From positions 504,166 through 568,165 of the forward strand of contig CAWDBO010000021.1 of NCBI GenBank assembly GCA_963800615.1: DNA of 64,000 nucleotides. Direction: 5' to 3'. The notes beneath the pieces were generated by a model. That model saw only the letters and a list, made by a program, of their open reading frames with translations. It had not been told where the DNA came from and did not search any database. Shown here in pieces: positions 45,367 to 58,144 of the stretch; within the stretch, counting starts at the first letter, position 1, and each line of letters starts with the position of its first letter. Source of the stretch: an uncultured Chloroflexia bacterium. GTDB lineage: Bacteria; Chloroflexota; Anaerolineae; CG2-30-64-16. A program made the translations under genes and the position numbers.

Positions 45367-46775
45367 TCACCTGCCACGGCGCACCTCTTTCCAGCCCCTG
45401 TCGAGGTCCAGTCCCATGTCGCACAGCTTCGTCCGCACTTGCCCGTAGAGGTCCAGCCATTCGGGCAGCGGCTCGACGGTGTCCAGGTTGTAGATCTCCG
45501 CAAACGGCTTCCCGGGGTCCGGCGTCGCCGCCTGGCTCTCGTAATGCGCCAGCATCGCCAGCGCCAGCTCGTTCGCCTCGCCGCGCTTCAGCCCGCGGCT
45601 CGCGTGCATCACCTCTGCGTTGAAGCGGCACTCCAGCCCGCTCGTGTGATCCGCGCGGCTCCCGCCGGTCGCACCCACGCCGAGGCTGTTCACCCCGCAC
45701 ACCATCGAGACCACGGACACGGCCGCGACCTCCCACAGGACCTGTTCGGTACACAGCCCAGCCCGGGTGTATGGCGTGCAGGTCGTGATCATCGGCGTGT
45801 TGCGGCTCAGCGCCTGGCCCGAGACCGCGTAGACCCACAGGCCGAGCCGGTCGCTGTTGTGCGACCACCGGAGCGACATGTGGCCGTGGATGTGGTAGGA
45901 GCAGTGGTAGCAGACCGCGCCCAGGATGTGCGCGGCGACGGTTGCCACCGCGGTCCCTTCCGCGCCGCCCGCCAGCCCGCCGATCAGCGGCGTCTGCAGG
46001 TCGACGATGTGCATGTCCCGGCCGAGCATCCAGGCGACGCGCGATAGCTGGTCGTAGTTCGTCTTGAGCTCGGGGATCTGCGTCACCAGGAACGCGTCGG
46101 AGGGCCGGAGCCCGTTGTCCTCGTCGCAGGCGGCCAGTTTGGCCGCGCAGTTCAGCGGCGCCGCAACGTCGTTGATGTGCATCCCCGGCCGGCCCGCCTT
46201 CCGCAGCGCCTCCACGCGCGGCCGCGGCGTCGCGCCGGGCTGCCAGCATCTCGTTCGGCGACCCCGGCACGATCGGCCGGCCCATGTAGGTGGAGACCGA
46301 CCCGGCGCCCAGGCAGTCGACCAGCGGCTCGACCGCGCAGCTTTCGAGGATCAGCGGGTGGCAGCGCTCGCTGCACGGGGTGCCGGTCGGACCGCTGTGG
46401 ATGACCGCGGGCGCAGTGCCCTCCACCTCCAGATGCTCCATCCGCACCGCGTCGCGGCCCGTCCCGAGCCGCACGCTCGCCCGGCGCGGCCGCCACCGCG
46501 TCCTCGACCTCCTCCCGGCTGAAGAGGATGCGGCGCTCGGTCGTCTGGTTATAGACGCCCATTTCGACGAACAGGTCGAGCCCGGCCCGGTACACCCGGT
46601 CCGCCAGGTCGTCGTCCGCCGGAACCACCTTGTTGCGGTCAAACTTGATCCCGTAATGCTTCACGAGCTCGCTGATTCGACGGGCGAGGGCCATGTCGAA
46701 GTCGGACTCGCGGGTGAACGGTCCGTTCTCCGACCGTTCGACGATGACGGGTAAGCGGTTGCTGGATGCTTGCAT
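45367..46775 (-). CDS. MttB-superfamily methyltransferase (MttB-3); 2 frameshifts
   Basis: N-terminus MQASSNRLPVIVERSENGPFTRESDFDMALARRISELVKHYGIKFD (46152..46775), middle in frame of 44708..46642, C-terminus 45367..46215. Confidence 0.7.
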
Positions 46776-46778
46776 ACG

Positions 46779-47291
46779 CTAATCTTCCTCCGTTGGAACG
46801 CGCGGCCGGGCTTCGCGCAGCCGGGAGATGTCGGCGGGGTTCTGCGCCCAGTCGTACGTCGCCTTGATCCATTTGAGCATTTCGAAGGTTTCGACGCGGA
46901 TCACGCCGGGGATGGCGCCGAGGGTGCCGGTGACGAACTCGAGAAGCTCTTCCCGCGAGCGAAACCACCCCTCCGCCAGCAGGTCATAGCGGCCCAGCGT
47001 CCTGCCGATGAACCGCAGCTGCTGCAGCCCGCTCACCGCCTCCTGGATAACCTCCATCCGGTTGTATTCCACCTGCAGGCCGATCATGGCGAGGATCGAG
47101 TAACCGAGCGCGCTGGGGTTCACGAGGATGCCCTCGCGGTACACGCCGGCCTTCAGGAGCGCAGCCCGGCGGCGGCGCACGGTGGTTTCCGTGCTGAACA
47201 GTCGAGTGGCCAGTTCGGCGTTGGTCAGCGTCGGGTCGTCGGATAGGGCGGCGAGGAGGCCGAGATCCAGGTCGTCAAGCGCCACGGGCAT
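46779..47291 (-). CDS. Lrp/AsnC-family transcriptional regulator
   Basis: ATG at 47291 (MPVALDDLDLGLLAALSDDPTLTNAELATRL..); HTH plus RAM domain. Confidence 0.8.
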   Translation of the reverse strand: MPVALDDLDLGLLAALSDDPTLTNAELATRLFSTETTVRRRRAALLKAGVYREGILVNPSALGYSILAMIGLQVEYNRMEVIQEAVSGLQQLRFIGRTLGRYDLLAEGWFRSREELLEFVTGTLGAIPGVIRVETFEMLKWIKATYDWAQNPADISRLREARPRVPTEED

Positions 47292-47539
47292 GAGCACCCC
47301 CTGATACGCCGCCATCCTACGCGCTTTGTGCATTTGGTGTCAATATGCCGGCGAAAGTTCGGTCAAAACGATCATGGGAGGTCCATTTCGTGGCGTTTTT
47401 CGCCACGCCGGGCAGTATCCCCCACGGACGCCAGCCTTCGTGCTGCTTGGCTTCCGGCTCACCTTAAAGAACTGCGCTGCATCTGCAATTGCTTACGCAA
47501 CGCGCGTTGACTTGTGCTATGATGCACTTGACGCCGAAT

Positions 47540-49218
47540 GCACGAGGTGCATTCGTCGTGGCCTGAGTCCGCCTCGAGCCGGGTTTGCCGAAGCCTACCT
47601 CAACCGACGGCCGCCTGCTGTACGAGCACAAGGCGACCAGGCGCGGGCCATGGACGACTACGACAAGGCGATCCGGCTGCAGCCCACTTCGGCCTCGCGT
47701 ACATGAACCGGGGCAATATCCTGTGGGCGAGGGGCGAGTTCGACGCGGCCATCGCCGAGTACGGACCCGACGCTTCAGCTCGATGCCACCATCGCCCTGG
47801 CCTATATGAACCGCGGCGTGGCCCACAACGATAAGGGCGAGCACGATCGGGGAATCGCCGACCTGTGACAAGGCCATCGATCTCGATCCCAGCTTTGCCC
47901 TGGCCTACATGAATCGCGGCAAGGCCTACGACGACAAAGGCGACTACGACCAAAGCATCGGCGATCAAAGCAAGGCGATCGAACTCCCAGCCGACTTGGC
48001 CGGGGCCTACTTCAACCGCGGCAACGCCTACGGGGGGAAAGGCGATCCCGCAGCCGCGGCAGCCGACTACGACTCGGGCCATCGAACTTAAGCCCGACTA
48101 TGCCGACGGCCTACGTCGGCACGGGCGGGGCGCGCCTACATCGACCAGAAGGACTACTGCCCGCATGCCCTGACCTGGACACAGTCGGAGAAGGCTGAGC
48201 GTTGAAGCTTAAGCCCGACGACGCCGCTGCCTACCTCAACCTGGCTCGTCGTTTACCGAGCCGGGGGTGACTTCGAGCGAGCTTTCGCCAACTTCGACAA
48301 GAGCATCGAGCTGAAGCCCGACTTCGCGGAGGCGTACCATAGACGCGGCGCCGCGTACGGCGACAAGGGCGACTACGTCAGGGCCATCGCCGACTATGAT
48401 AAGGCCATCCAGCTCAATCCTGACTACGCCGAAGCCTAATCGAACCGCTGTGATGCCCGCCGCGCCGTCGGGGACGAGTAAGCCGAAGCCGTCGCCGACT
48501 GCGACAAGGCCATCGCAGCTCAAGCCTGATTTGGCCTGCGACTTACCGCAACCGAGCGCATGTCTACTGGGTGACGGGCGACCTCAACCGGGCGATCGCC
48601 GACTATGACAAGGCCATCCAGTTCAAGCCTGATTTCGGCGAAGCCTACGGGGACCGTTGTGGCGCCCGCGGCGCCGCCGGGGACGAAAAGGGAGCCATCG
48701 CGGACTGCGACAAGGCCATCGAACTCAATCCTGATTACGCCATGGCCCACAACAACCGGGGCTGGATGTACTACCGGGCAGGTGACATGGACAATGCCAT
48801 CGCCTCTTACAATGAGGCCATCCGTCTCGAGACCCGGGCGATACCCACGCGTACATGAACCGTGGCCTCGCGTATGAAGAAAAGGGCGACCATGACAAGG
48901 CCGTCGCCGACTTCGACAAGGTCCTGGCCCTGAACGCCAATGATGCAGGCGCGTATCTGTACCGGGGCATCGCGTACGCCGGTAAGGGCGACTACAGCCC
49001 GCGACTGCCGACTTCGACAAGGTCACCCAGCTCGCGCCCAAAGCGGCCGAGCCTTACTACTATCGCGGCGTGGTGCTGGCAAAGCAGGGCGACACGGCCA
49101 GAGCAGTTGCCGAGTTGCGGAAGTGTCTCGAGCTGACAAGCAGCGCCAACCTGCGCCAGGCGGCCGAGCAGGCATTGGGCAAGCTGGGGCGAAATAGCTC
49201 TACCACGCCTACAACGTA
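47540..49218 (+). pseudogene. Degenerate tetratricopeptide-repeat (TPR) gene; at least 15 repeats of AYxNRGxAYxxKGDYDxAIADYDKAIxLxPD, broken by frameshifts or stops about every 80-150 bp
   Basis: TPR units visible in all three plus-strand frames (47326..47706, 47538..47834, 47909..48091, 48571..48858, 48855..49136 ...); in-frame TAA/TGA stops at about 48435-48560. Confidence 0.45.
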
Positions 49219-49246
49219 ACCTTGACCAGAAACGAGAGGGGGAAAC

Positions 49247-50233
49247 ATGCACCGTCGCTTTGCCTGCCATTCGCTTCACGGAATACTGTTGCTCACCCTA
49301 TTGCTTGCCGGTTGTGCTGCGCCGCCAGGCCCGGCCGCGCTTGCTCCCACGACCGAGCCGCCGACACCGACCCTCGTTGCACCTACCTTTACGCCTGTAC
49401 CCCCAACCGCCACGCCCCTGCCGCCCACCGACACTCCCGCGCCGCCGACCCCGAAGCCCACTGCTCCGCCGACAGCGACACCGACCCTCGCTCCGGCAGA
49501 CGCCGTTCCGAGCACCCCGCCTGACCCAAAGGCCGATCCGCTCGGCGCGCTGCGCTATGCGTCGGCGCCCGGCCGGGTCAACAGCGCCACCTTCACGATG
49601 GATATGAAGGTGGCCGCGAAGGCCGCGGACGACGCTTCGGGGCAAGCGTCAGGCCCCGCCGCGGGCCAACAGCAAGAGCTGGCGGGCAGCGGAGCATTCG
49701 AGGTCGTCGATGCGGCCGCCAACCAGGTCAACACGCGGATGACCATGACGGTCACGGCCGCGGGCCAGACGACGACCGTGGAGACGCTCGCGCTCGGCGA
49801 TGAACTCTGGGTCTGCATGCCTGAAACAGGCTGTCTACCGGGCGGGAACTCCTCGGGCAACGGCGTCGATCCTGCGCAGATGCTCAAACTGTTGAGGCTC
49901 GCGTCCGACCCGGAGTGGGTGGACGACAAGCCGCTCGAGGGTGAACAGATGCACCATCTCCGCTACCAGGTCAAGCCGGAGGACGCGCCGCAGTTGGTTT
50001 CCGGGCTGATGAGGGAAAACTGGCAGAACCTGGTCACCGAGATGACGATCACGGTCGACATGTGGTTGACTGCGAAGGACCTCGTACCCCGCCAGATGAC
50101 GGAGACCATCGGCATGATCATGGCGCCTCCCGGCGCAGAAGCAAAGATCCAGTGGGACATGGTCATGACCATCAGGTACGACAACATCAACCAGCCGGTC
50201 AAGATCGAAGCGCCTGTCATGCCTGCGCCGTGA
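49247..50233 (+). CDS. Hypothetical lipoprotein with P/T-rich linker
   Basis: ATG with GAGAGGGGGAAAC upstream; lipobox LLLAGCAAP; PT-rich 80-aa linker; about 200-aa domain of unknown function. Confidence 0.6.
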   Translation: MHRRFACHSLHGILLLTLLLAGCAAPPGPAALAPTTEPPTPTLVAPTFTPVPPTATPLPPTDTPAPPTPKPTAPPTATPTLAPADAVPSTPPDPKADPLGALRYASAPGRVNSATFTMDMKVAAKAADDASGQASGPAAGQQQELAGSGAFEVVDAAANQVNTRMTMTVTAAGQTTTVETLALGDELWVCMPETGCLPGGNSSGNGVDPAQMLKLLRLASDPEWVDDKPLEGEQMHHLRYQVKPEDAPQLVSGLMRENWQNLVTEMTITVDMWLTAKDLVPRQMTETIGMIMAPPGAEAKIQWDMVMTIRYDNINQPVKIEAPVMPAP

Positions 50234-50269
50234 CCGCGGCCGACCCCGACCGGCCCCGGCATCACCACA

Positions 50270-51219
50270 GCGGCCGCGGCTAACCTGCGTGCCGGGCCAG
50301 GCGCCGGACACCCCGTCGTCGGCGCAACGAAGCCGGGGCAGGTGTATGCCGTCGAGGGGCGCAACGCGGACGGGACCTGGTTCGAGATCTGTTGCGTGGG
50401 CCAGAAGACTGCCTGGATTGCAGCCTCGGTGGCCAAACTAAGCGGCGATGCCAAGACGTGCCGGTCGCCAAGAACATCCCCACGCCGCGTCCCGCGGCGG
50501 CGCCGGCGGCGGCGAAGCCATCAGCGGCCAGCAGCTGCGAGACGCCCGCGGATGACAAGATCAGGACGTGGTGCGCCAACGTCGCGCAGCTCACCGAAAC
50601 GATCCGGCTCACCCCGAACGATCCGAAGCCATACCGCGACCGCGCCTTCGTATACTCTCTTTTGCACGACCCAGACCGGGCCATCGCAGACTACAGCGTG
50701 GCGATTGAGCTCGATCCCGGTAACTGTGAATACTGGATGGAGCGAGCGGGCCTCTATCGTGAGAAGGGCGACCCGAAGCGTGCCATCGCCGATTACAGCA
50801 AGGCGCTTGAGATCGATCCCGCATGCTACGTCATGAACGGAGGGTACATCCACAACGTGCGCGGCCTCGCCTACGCTGAGCTCGGCAAGTATGATCTGGC
50901 CATCACTGATTACGACGAGGCCATCCGGATCAATCCGAAATATGCCTGGGCCTACTATAACAGAGGCCTCGCCTACGAGGCACAAGGCAATCTCGATAAG
51001 GCAATCGCCGACTACGACAACGCCATCCGGGTTGGTGGTGGAGATATCGCTCACTGTTACCGCGGTTTGGCACTGAAAACGCAGGGCAAAAAGACGGAAG
51101 CCATCGACGCGCTCAGAAAGTGCATCGATGTACTGGACAGCGGCTGGGGTAATAACCCCGAGGGGCCGGGCGTGCGAAAGTCGGCGGAGAGTGCCCTGAA
51201 AGAGCTCGGTGCGCAGTGA
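50270..51219 (+). CDS. SH3b (bacterial SH3_3) domain - linker - TPR protein; one frameshift near 50440; 5' boundary uncertain
   Basis: NLRAGPGAGHPVVGATKPGQVYAVEGRNADGTWFEICCVGQKTAWIAASVAKL (SH3b) in 50342..50836; TPR repeats in 50392..51219. Confidence 0.5.
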
Positions 51220-51435
51220 CGTGACGGCGCGCGACTATGCGCCGGGGCGGCGCTAGGCGCCTCGACCCTGACGCGCGATGGGCGTGCGCGGAGAGGTAGG
51301 AGCAGGTGTGCGCTACACCTGTTGCGCGCTATCCCTATATCGTGGTATTTGCGGGATTTGCGGGAGTGTGGGATTTGCCAGAACGTCGTGATTCAGGCAG
51401 ATCAGCTCTGCGGCCCGGGCGTCCTGGGTCTGCTC

Positions 51436-52669
51436 CTATCTACCGGGCGGAGCCACCCACGTCTGCACCGTGGTGTCCGCCACCACCCGGCCGTTTCTGA
51501 CGACCTTCCGCTGCGCCGGCTGCAGTTGCAGCGCCTCCTGCGCATCCGCCGCGGGCAGGAAGACCATGTCCGCCGGCGCCCCGACCGCCACCCCGTAGCC
51601 GGTCAGCCGCAGCGCCCGCGCCGCCCGGCCCCGCGGCATGTCGAACGCGGTCTCGATCTCATCCGGCGCGGTCAGGTGCGCGGTCACCGAGGTGAACATC
51701 GCGACCTCGAGCATGTCCATCCGCCCGAACGGGAAGAAGATGTTGCGGACGTCGTCCATTCCGCACGCCACGTTCACGCCCGCGGCCAGCAGCTCCTTCA
51801 CCCGCGTGATGCCCCGGCGCCGCGGCTCGCGGTCCCCGCGGCCCTGCAGGTACAGGTTGACCAGCGGGTTGGTGATCACGTTGATCTGCGCCTCGGCCAC
51901 CCGCTCGATCACCCGCGCCGCGTACGCGTCGTCGTACGCGGCCAGCGCGCAGCAGTGCCCCGCCGTCACGCGTCCCTGGTAGCCGTGCCGGATCGTTGCC
52001 TCCGCAAGCAGCTCCAGGCTGCGGGAAGCCGGGTCGTCCGTCTCGTCCACGTGCATGTCCACGTCCGCGTCGAATTCCTCCGCGACCTCGAAGCAAAGCT
52101 CGATGTGCCTCGCCGCGGCCGCGGGCGATGCCTCGTGGTGCGGCATGCCCCCGACGACGTCCGCGCCCTGCCGCATCGCCTCCCGCATCCACCTCACCCC
52201 GGCCGGGTCGTCGATCAAGCCCAGCTGCGGGAAGGCGACGATCTGCACGTCGACCAGCCCGCGGAAGGCGTCGCGCGCCGCCACCACCGGCGCCAGCAGC
52301 CGCACCTCCGACACCGGGTCGACGTCCACGTGGCTGCGGATCCACCCCGTCCCGTTCTGCAGCGCCAGCCCCAGGGCGCGGCAAGCCTTGCTGAAGACGT
52401 CCTCGTGCGTCCGCGCCCGCTTGATCTCCGCGTTGATCTCGATCGCTTCCGCCAGCGTGCCCGACCGGTTCGCCGGCTCGACAGAGATAGGCGCAGTCAA
52501 GGTGCTGGTGCGCGTCGATGAACGGCGGCGTCACCATCATCCCGCTCACGTCGCACTCCGCCGCGGCCGCCCCTCCGTAGCGCGCCTCAATCGCCGCGAT
52601 CCTCCCCCCCGCCACGGCAATATCCACCCGCTCCGTCGCCCCCGGGAAGTGCGCCCCCCGAAAGACCAT
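51436..52669 (-). CDS. Cytosine-deaminase (CodA/AtzC)-like amidohydrolase; one frameshift near 52500
   Basis: N-terminus MVFRGAHFPGATERVDIAVAGGRIAAIEA..VTPPFIDAHQHLD (51659..52747); remainder in 51436..52500. Confidence 0.65.
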
Positions 52670-52750
52670 CTCACAATCTGCCCTTGTCACCCCCACCTCC
52701 CCGTACGGGCGACCGGCCGGTCGCCCGTACCCCCGCATGGCCTCCATCCC

Positions 52751-55086
52751 CTACGCGCCTCCATCGATGGCCGCCAGCACTCTCTCGGGGGTGAGGGGTA
52801 TCTCGTTGATGCTGACGCCGAGCGCGTCCGCAACCGCGTTGGCGATCGCGGGCGCCGTCGACGTCACCGTCGACTCGCCGATGCCCTTAGCGCCGAGCGG
52901 CGCGTGCGGCTCCGGTATCTCGACCGTCGTCACCTTCATGGGCGGCACGTCGTCGGCGGTGGGGATCAGGTACCGGTCGAGCGAGCCGTTCAAGGTCACC
53001 CCCTGCTCGGTCACCAGCTCCTCCAGCAGCGCATAGCCCAGGCCCATCGTGGCCCCGCCTTCCAGCTGCCCCCGCACCGAGCCGGGGTTGATGATCCGGC
53101 CCGTGTCCTGGGCAATCACCAGCTCCTCGACGGTCACCTCGCCGGTCTCGGTGTCGACCAGGACCTTCGCCACCTGGGTTCCGAAGGTAAACACCTCGTG
53201 TGCGTACGGGTAGCCGTCCGCGGGGAAGTCGGCCGCGTATTCCATCGCATAGTACCCCTCTGCGTGCAGGCGGCGGCCGGTGGCATGACCCCTCGCGGCC
53301 AGCGCCGCCACGGACACCGGCAGCGCCTCATCTTCCGCATACACCCGCCCGCCCCGCAGGGCCAGGAGTCCCCTGGGCAGGCCCGTCTCCTCCGCGGCCA
53401 CGTCGAGGAGCGTCTCACGGATCGGCCGGGCCGCGTCGAGCACCGCGTTGCCGCTGAGGAAGGTCTGGCGGCTGCCCACGGCCGGCCCTGAGTCCGCCGT
53501 CCGCTCCGTGTCCGGCCCGATGACCCGGATGCTGGGGAGCTCGACGCCGAGGGCTTCCGCCGCGATCTGCGCCAGCGCCGTGTGGATGCCCTGGCCCATC
53601 TCGGTCGCGCCGGTCCGCAGCACCACCGAGCCGTCGCGCGCCATGTCCAGGCTCGCGGCGGAGTGGTCCGGCACGTTCCGTCCGAGCCCGATGGTGAAGA
53701 TGATCGAGCCCATGCCCCAGCCGCGCCGCAGGTGTGGGGCCGGCTGCCTGGGCTCTTCCCCGCGGCCTGCCCACCCCGACAGCCTCGCCGCCTCCTCCAT
53801 CGTCGCCCGCGCGGGCCGCCCCTCGCGGACGGTCGCGCCGGTGGGCAGCACGGTTCCCGTATCGAGCACGTTGCGCAGGCGGATCTCGAGGGGATCGAGG
53901 CCCGTGGCCCGCGCCAGCTCGTCCATCTGCCGTTCCCGCGCAAAGGCCGCCTGGGGGATGCCGTACCCCCGCATCGCGCCGCAGAGCGGGTTGTTGGTCA
54001 GCACCGTGTAGGCTTCGATGTGCGCGTTCGGGATGGCGTACGGCCCGCCCGCGGTGACTGCCACCAGGCTCATGACCTCCGCCCCCGCTGTGACGTACGG
54101 CCCGGTGTCGCCGATCGCCGTGACGTCGATGGCAGTAATCCGCCCGTCGCGCGTGGCCCCTGTCTTGTAGCGGATCGTCACCGGGTGCCGCTTGACGTGG
54201 GTCCGCATGGACTCTTCCCGCGTCCGTACGATCCGCACCGGCCGCCCCGTCGCCTGCGCCAACAGCGCCGCGTGAATCTGCACGTGCGCTTCGTCCTTGC
54301 CGCCAAACGCCCCGCCGATCGCCGGGGTGATCACCCTCACCTGGTTCTCTGGCAGCGCGAGCGCGCGGGCGATCTGCCGCCGGTCGCGGAAGGGCGCCTG
54401 GCAGGACGCGTATACCACGATGGATCCGTCCGCAGCGACTGCCGCCAGCGCACCTTCGGTCTCCAGGAAGGCATGCTCAACCCGCTGCGTGCGGTAGGTG
54501 TTCTCGATGATGATGTCGGCCTCGGCGAAGCCGCGGCCGGGCGAGCCGTGATCGAGCACCAGGTGGCTGCACACGTTGGGTCTGTCAGACCAGACCCGGT
54601 GCGCCCCTGGCTGCATCGCTTCGACCGCGTCGTAAATGCCCGGCAGCGGTTCGTACTCCACCTCGATCGCGGCAAGGGCAGCCTCGGCCGCTTCGGGACT
54701 TTCGGCCGCCACGGCTGCGACGATATCGCCCTGGTAGCGCACCCGGTCGGTCACGAAGAGCGGCTGATCGGCGAGGTCCGAGTAGAGGTAGCTGTTCTTG
54801 CCGGGAACGTCAGCATGTGTGAGAACCGCGACCACGCCCGGCAGGCGGCGGGCGCGCGCCGTGTCCAGCCGGAGGATGCGGGCGCACGGGTGCGGCGGAT
54901 GGAGCACCCGGCCGGTGAGCATGCCGGGCACGGGCGTGCCGAGCAAGGGCGTGCCGAGCAAGGTAAGGTCAGCCACGTAGCGCGCCTGCCCCGTCACGAC
55001 CTGCCGGGAAGTTACCGCGGGCGCGGGCCTCCCGGCCACCTCCGGCAGCCCGGTTTCCTCAAGGGCACGAGGCTCGCCTCTGTTCA

Positions 55087-55087
<1 letters not shown>
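52751..55087 (-). CDS. Xanthine-dehydrogenase-family molybdopterin-binding large subunit (CoxL/XdhA/NdhL-like)
   Basis: ATG (MNRGEPRALEETG..) at 55087 in an ATGA overlap with the small-subunit stop; 779 aa. Confidence 0.75.
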
Positions 55088-55576
<489 letters not shown>

Positions 55577-55579
55577 CCA

Positions 55580-56457
55580 CAGCAGCCTTCCGCCTGCCTG
55601 TGACTGCAGCCACAGGTTCTCCAGCGCGCCGCCGTGTCTGCACTTCGACCATCCGGCGCCGGTAGGCCGCGCTGGCCCGGATGTCGGAGATCGGCGTGCA
55701 CTGCCGCGCCGCGGCCTCCGCGGCTGCACGGATGACCGGCTCGTCCAGGACCGATCCCACCAGCAGCGCTTCGGCAGCGGTGGCCCGCATCGGCGCCGGC
55801 GCCACGGAGCCCAGCGCCACCCGCGCCTCCTCGACCCTGCCGTCGCACGACAGCGTCAGCCGGACCGCCACACTGACTACGGCGATTGCCATGGCCTGGC
55901 GTCGGCCCATCTTGAAGAACGTGGCGAACGTGCGGGGCGGGGCGGGGGGCAGGATGATCCGGGTGAGGAGCTCGCCGGCCGCGAGCGCGGTGCGGCCCGG
56001 ACCGCAGAAGAAGTCGGCCAGCGGAAGCCGCCGCTCCCCGCGGCCCGCCGATTGGAGGCACACCGAGGCGTCGTAGACAAGGAGCGCGGGCGCCGAATCG
56101 GCGGCGGGCGAGGCGTGGCAGAGGTTGCCGGCGAGCGTGCCGCGGTTCTGAATGGGCGTGCTGCCGACCGAGGCGCATGCGAGGCGGAGCGCCGGGTAGT
56201 CTGCGAGCTCCGGCGCGCCGTCGGCAACCAGTCGGTGGGTCACCGTCGCCCCGATTGCGACCTCACGCCCCGCAGACACGATCCCGCGCAGGGGCAAGCG
56301 GCCGAGGTCGACCAGGGCTTCCGGGCGCAGGGCATCCGGCACGCATGGCGGGGACCAGGTCGGTGCCTCCCGCCAGCGGCCGCGCATCCTCGTACGCGGC
56401 CAGCATGTCCAGCGCCTCGGCCAGCGTGTCCGGGCGGAAATACCTCGGGCAGCTCAT
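55580..56457 (-). CDS. FAD-binding medium subunit of the XDH-family enzyme (CoxM/XdhB-like); frameshifted
   Basis: ATG (MSCPRYFRPDTLAEALDMLAAYEDARPLAGGTDLVPAMR) in an ATGA overlap with the MttB-4 stop; body in ORF 55146..56387 (..IQNRGTLAGNLCHASPAADSAP..). Confidence 0.6.
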
Positions 56458-57832
56458 CCTTCCAGCGGCAGCCCCCACTGCCTTGCGGTCTCGGCGACCT
56501 GGTCGTAGATCGCGGCCCACTCGGCCCGGGGCTGCAGCGTCGCCGGGTCGTACGCTTCGTCGAAGGGGACGCCCACCGGCTTCGTGCCAAGCAGGTCCTG
56601 GTATTCGGTCACTGCCCGGCGGACGATCTCGTCGGCCTGCTCGCGGCTCAGCCCGGCCGCGGCCCGGGCGACCTCGCCGTTCCAGCGCGCCTCCAGCCCC
56701 GTGCAGTGGTTCGGCACGACGCCCACCGCGGAGCGGACGCCCAGCACCGCGACGCGCCGCACGAAGAGGCCGTGGCAGCCATCGCGATGCACTCGTAGAG
56801 CAGCGACGGCGTGCAAGGTCCGCTGATCGGGGAGGTCATGAACTCGGTGAAGAGGTTGGTGTTGCGCGCGAGCGCGGCGCAGGCGGCGCTGACCGCCCGC
56901 AGGATGTGCGGATCGGTGGAGTTGGAGTTGAACGGGTGCGTGGGGCACGACTCGACGCTGTGGGGGAAATAGACCATCTGCAGCGCCAGGAAGCCGGCGA
57001 CGATCAGGACCGCGACGCCTTCTGCCGGGCCGCCGAGCCCGCCGAGGATCGGGTTGTAGAAACCCAGGATGACGCCGTCCTGCTCGATGCTGTGCGCGAC
57101 CTTGTTCAGCAGCTCGTCGTTCGTCTTCATCTCGCTGATCAGCGGGATGACGTGCACGTCGCTGGGACTGAAGCCGCCGCGGCTGATCGAGGAGAGGTGC
57201 CCGATGTCGCTGATCGCCATCTCCACGCACATGCGGGCAATGCCGGGCCGGCCCGCCCGGCGAGCCGCTTCCAGGCCGCAGCGGGCTTCCTGCCACGACG
57301 CGATGATCTCGTAAGCGGAGCGCGAGCGGACCTCCCGACCGAAGCTGGTCGCAAGGGTGCCTGGAACGACCAGGTCGATGAGCGGCTCCTGCCAGTAGGA
57401 TTGCATGATGGTAATCCACCGGTCCTCGGAGAGGGGAGTCCCAATCGGTCCGCCGCTCACATGAGGAGGCCGCGGGTCGCCGACCGTGCGCCGGCGCCAG
57501 ACCCGGGCGTCCGCGCCCTCGCCGTAGCTGATCTCGTCGGGACCCTGCCGGGCGGCCTGCTCGACCTCGGCGCGGGTAAAGGTGATCAGGCGCTGGGCGC
57601 CCTTGTGGAAGATGCCGGAGCCGCAGAGGAAGTCGACCGCGGCCTGGAAGACCCGGTCGACCAGGTCGTCGTCGTACTGGATGATGCGCCGCCTGTCGAA
57701 CTTGATGCCGTACTGCTTGATGACCCGTGCGACGCCGCCGGCAACGACCCTGAGGTCGAACTCCTTCTCGTCGACGAGCGGGCCGCTGTAGGCGCGGTCC
57801 AGGACGTCGAGCATCCGAGCGGTCTTCTCCAT
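56454..57832 (-). CDS. MttB-superfamily methyltransferase (MttB-4), translationally coupled to the XDH-family genes; about 1 frameshift near 56780
   Basis: ATG at 57832 with GGGAGG RBS (MEKTARMLDVLDRAYSGPLVDEKEF..) in 56648..57862; C-terminus (..GLEARWNGEVARAAAGL...QWGLPLEG) in 56454..57956. Confidence 0.7.
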
Positions 57833-58144
57833 TGCAGAACCTCCCGAGCGCTGCGCTGTCATCTGCCTGGGGATGATGACGGTGCGGGATGGAACGATGA
57901 AAGACGTCTGAAGACTTGCCCGGGGGGAGAATACATGAAACCGGAAGGCCGGTCAAATGGATCGATAGAGGTTAGGACCGGCGACGGGCCGAGCACCACC
58001 GCTAAGAACCTGAGCCGCAGTGCAAAACTGGGGATTGACACGAGTGAAAAATGGTGCTACTGTGACAGCCATCAGATGGCAGCCATCTGATCTCCTTCCA
58101 CCGCTGAGCATTTTCCTGTTTCTCTGGCATCGAGGCTAACGAGC

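Noticed and set aside
47388-47406. Perfect 7-bp stem / T5 loop palindrome CGTGGCGTTTTTCGCCACG in the Lrp-TPR divergent intergenic region, considered as a terminator
   Set aside because: No U-tract on either strand and it lies upstream of both divergent genes; more likely an operator or incidental. A nearby AATGCAC-GAG-GTGCATT palindrome (47546-47562) is similar. Neither is reported as a feature.
50233-50270. Possibility that the lipoprotein (49247..50233) and the SH3b-TPR protein are one gene split by a false stop
   Set aside because: The lipoprotein frame ends in a clean TGA, and the downstream SH3b segment is in another frame with its own linker. A sequencing error here cannot be excluded, but there is no positive evidence for fusion.
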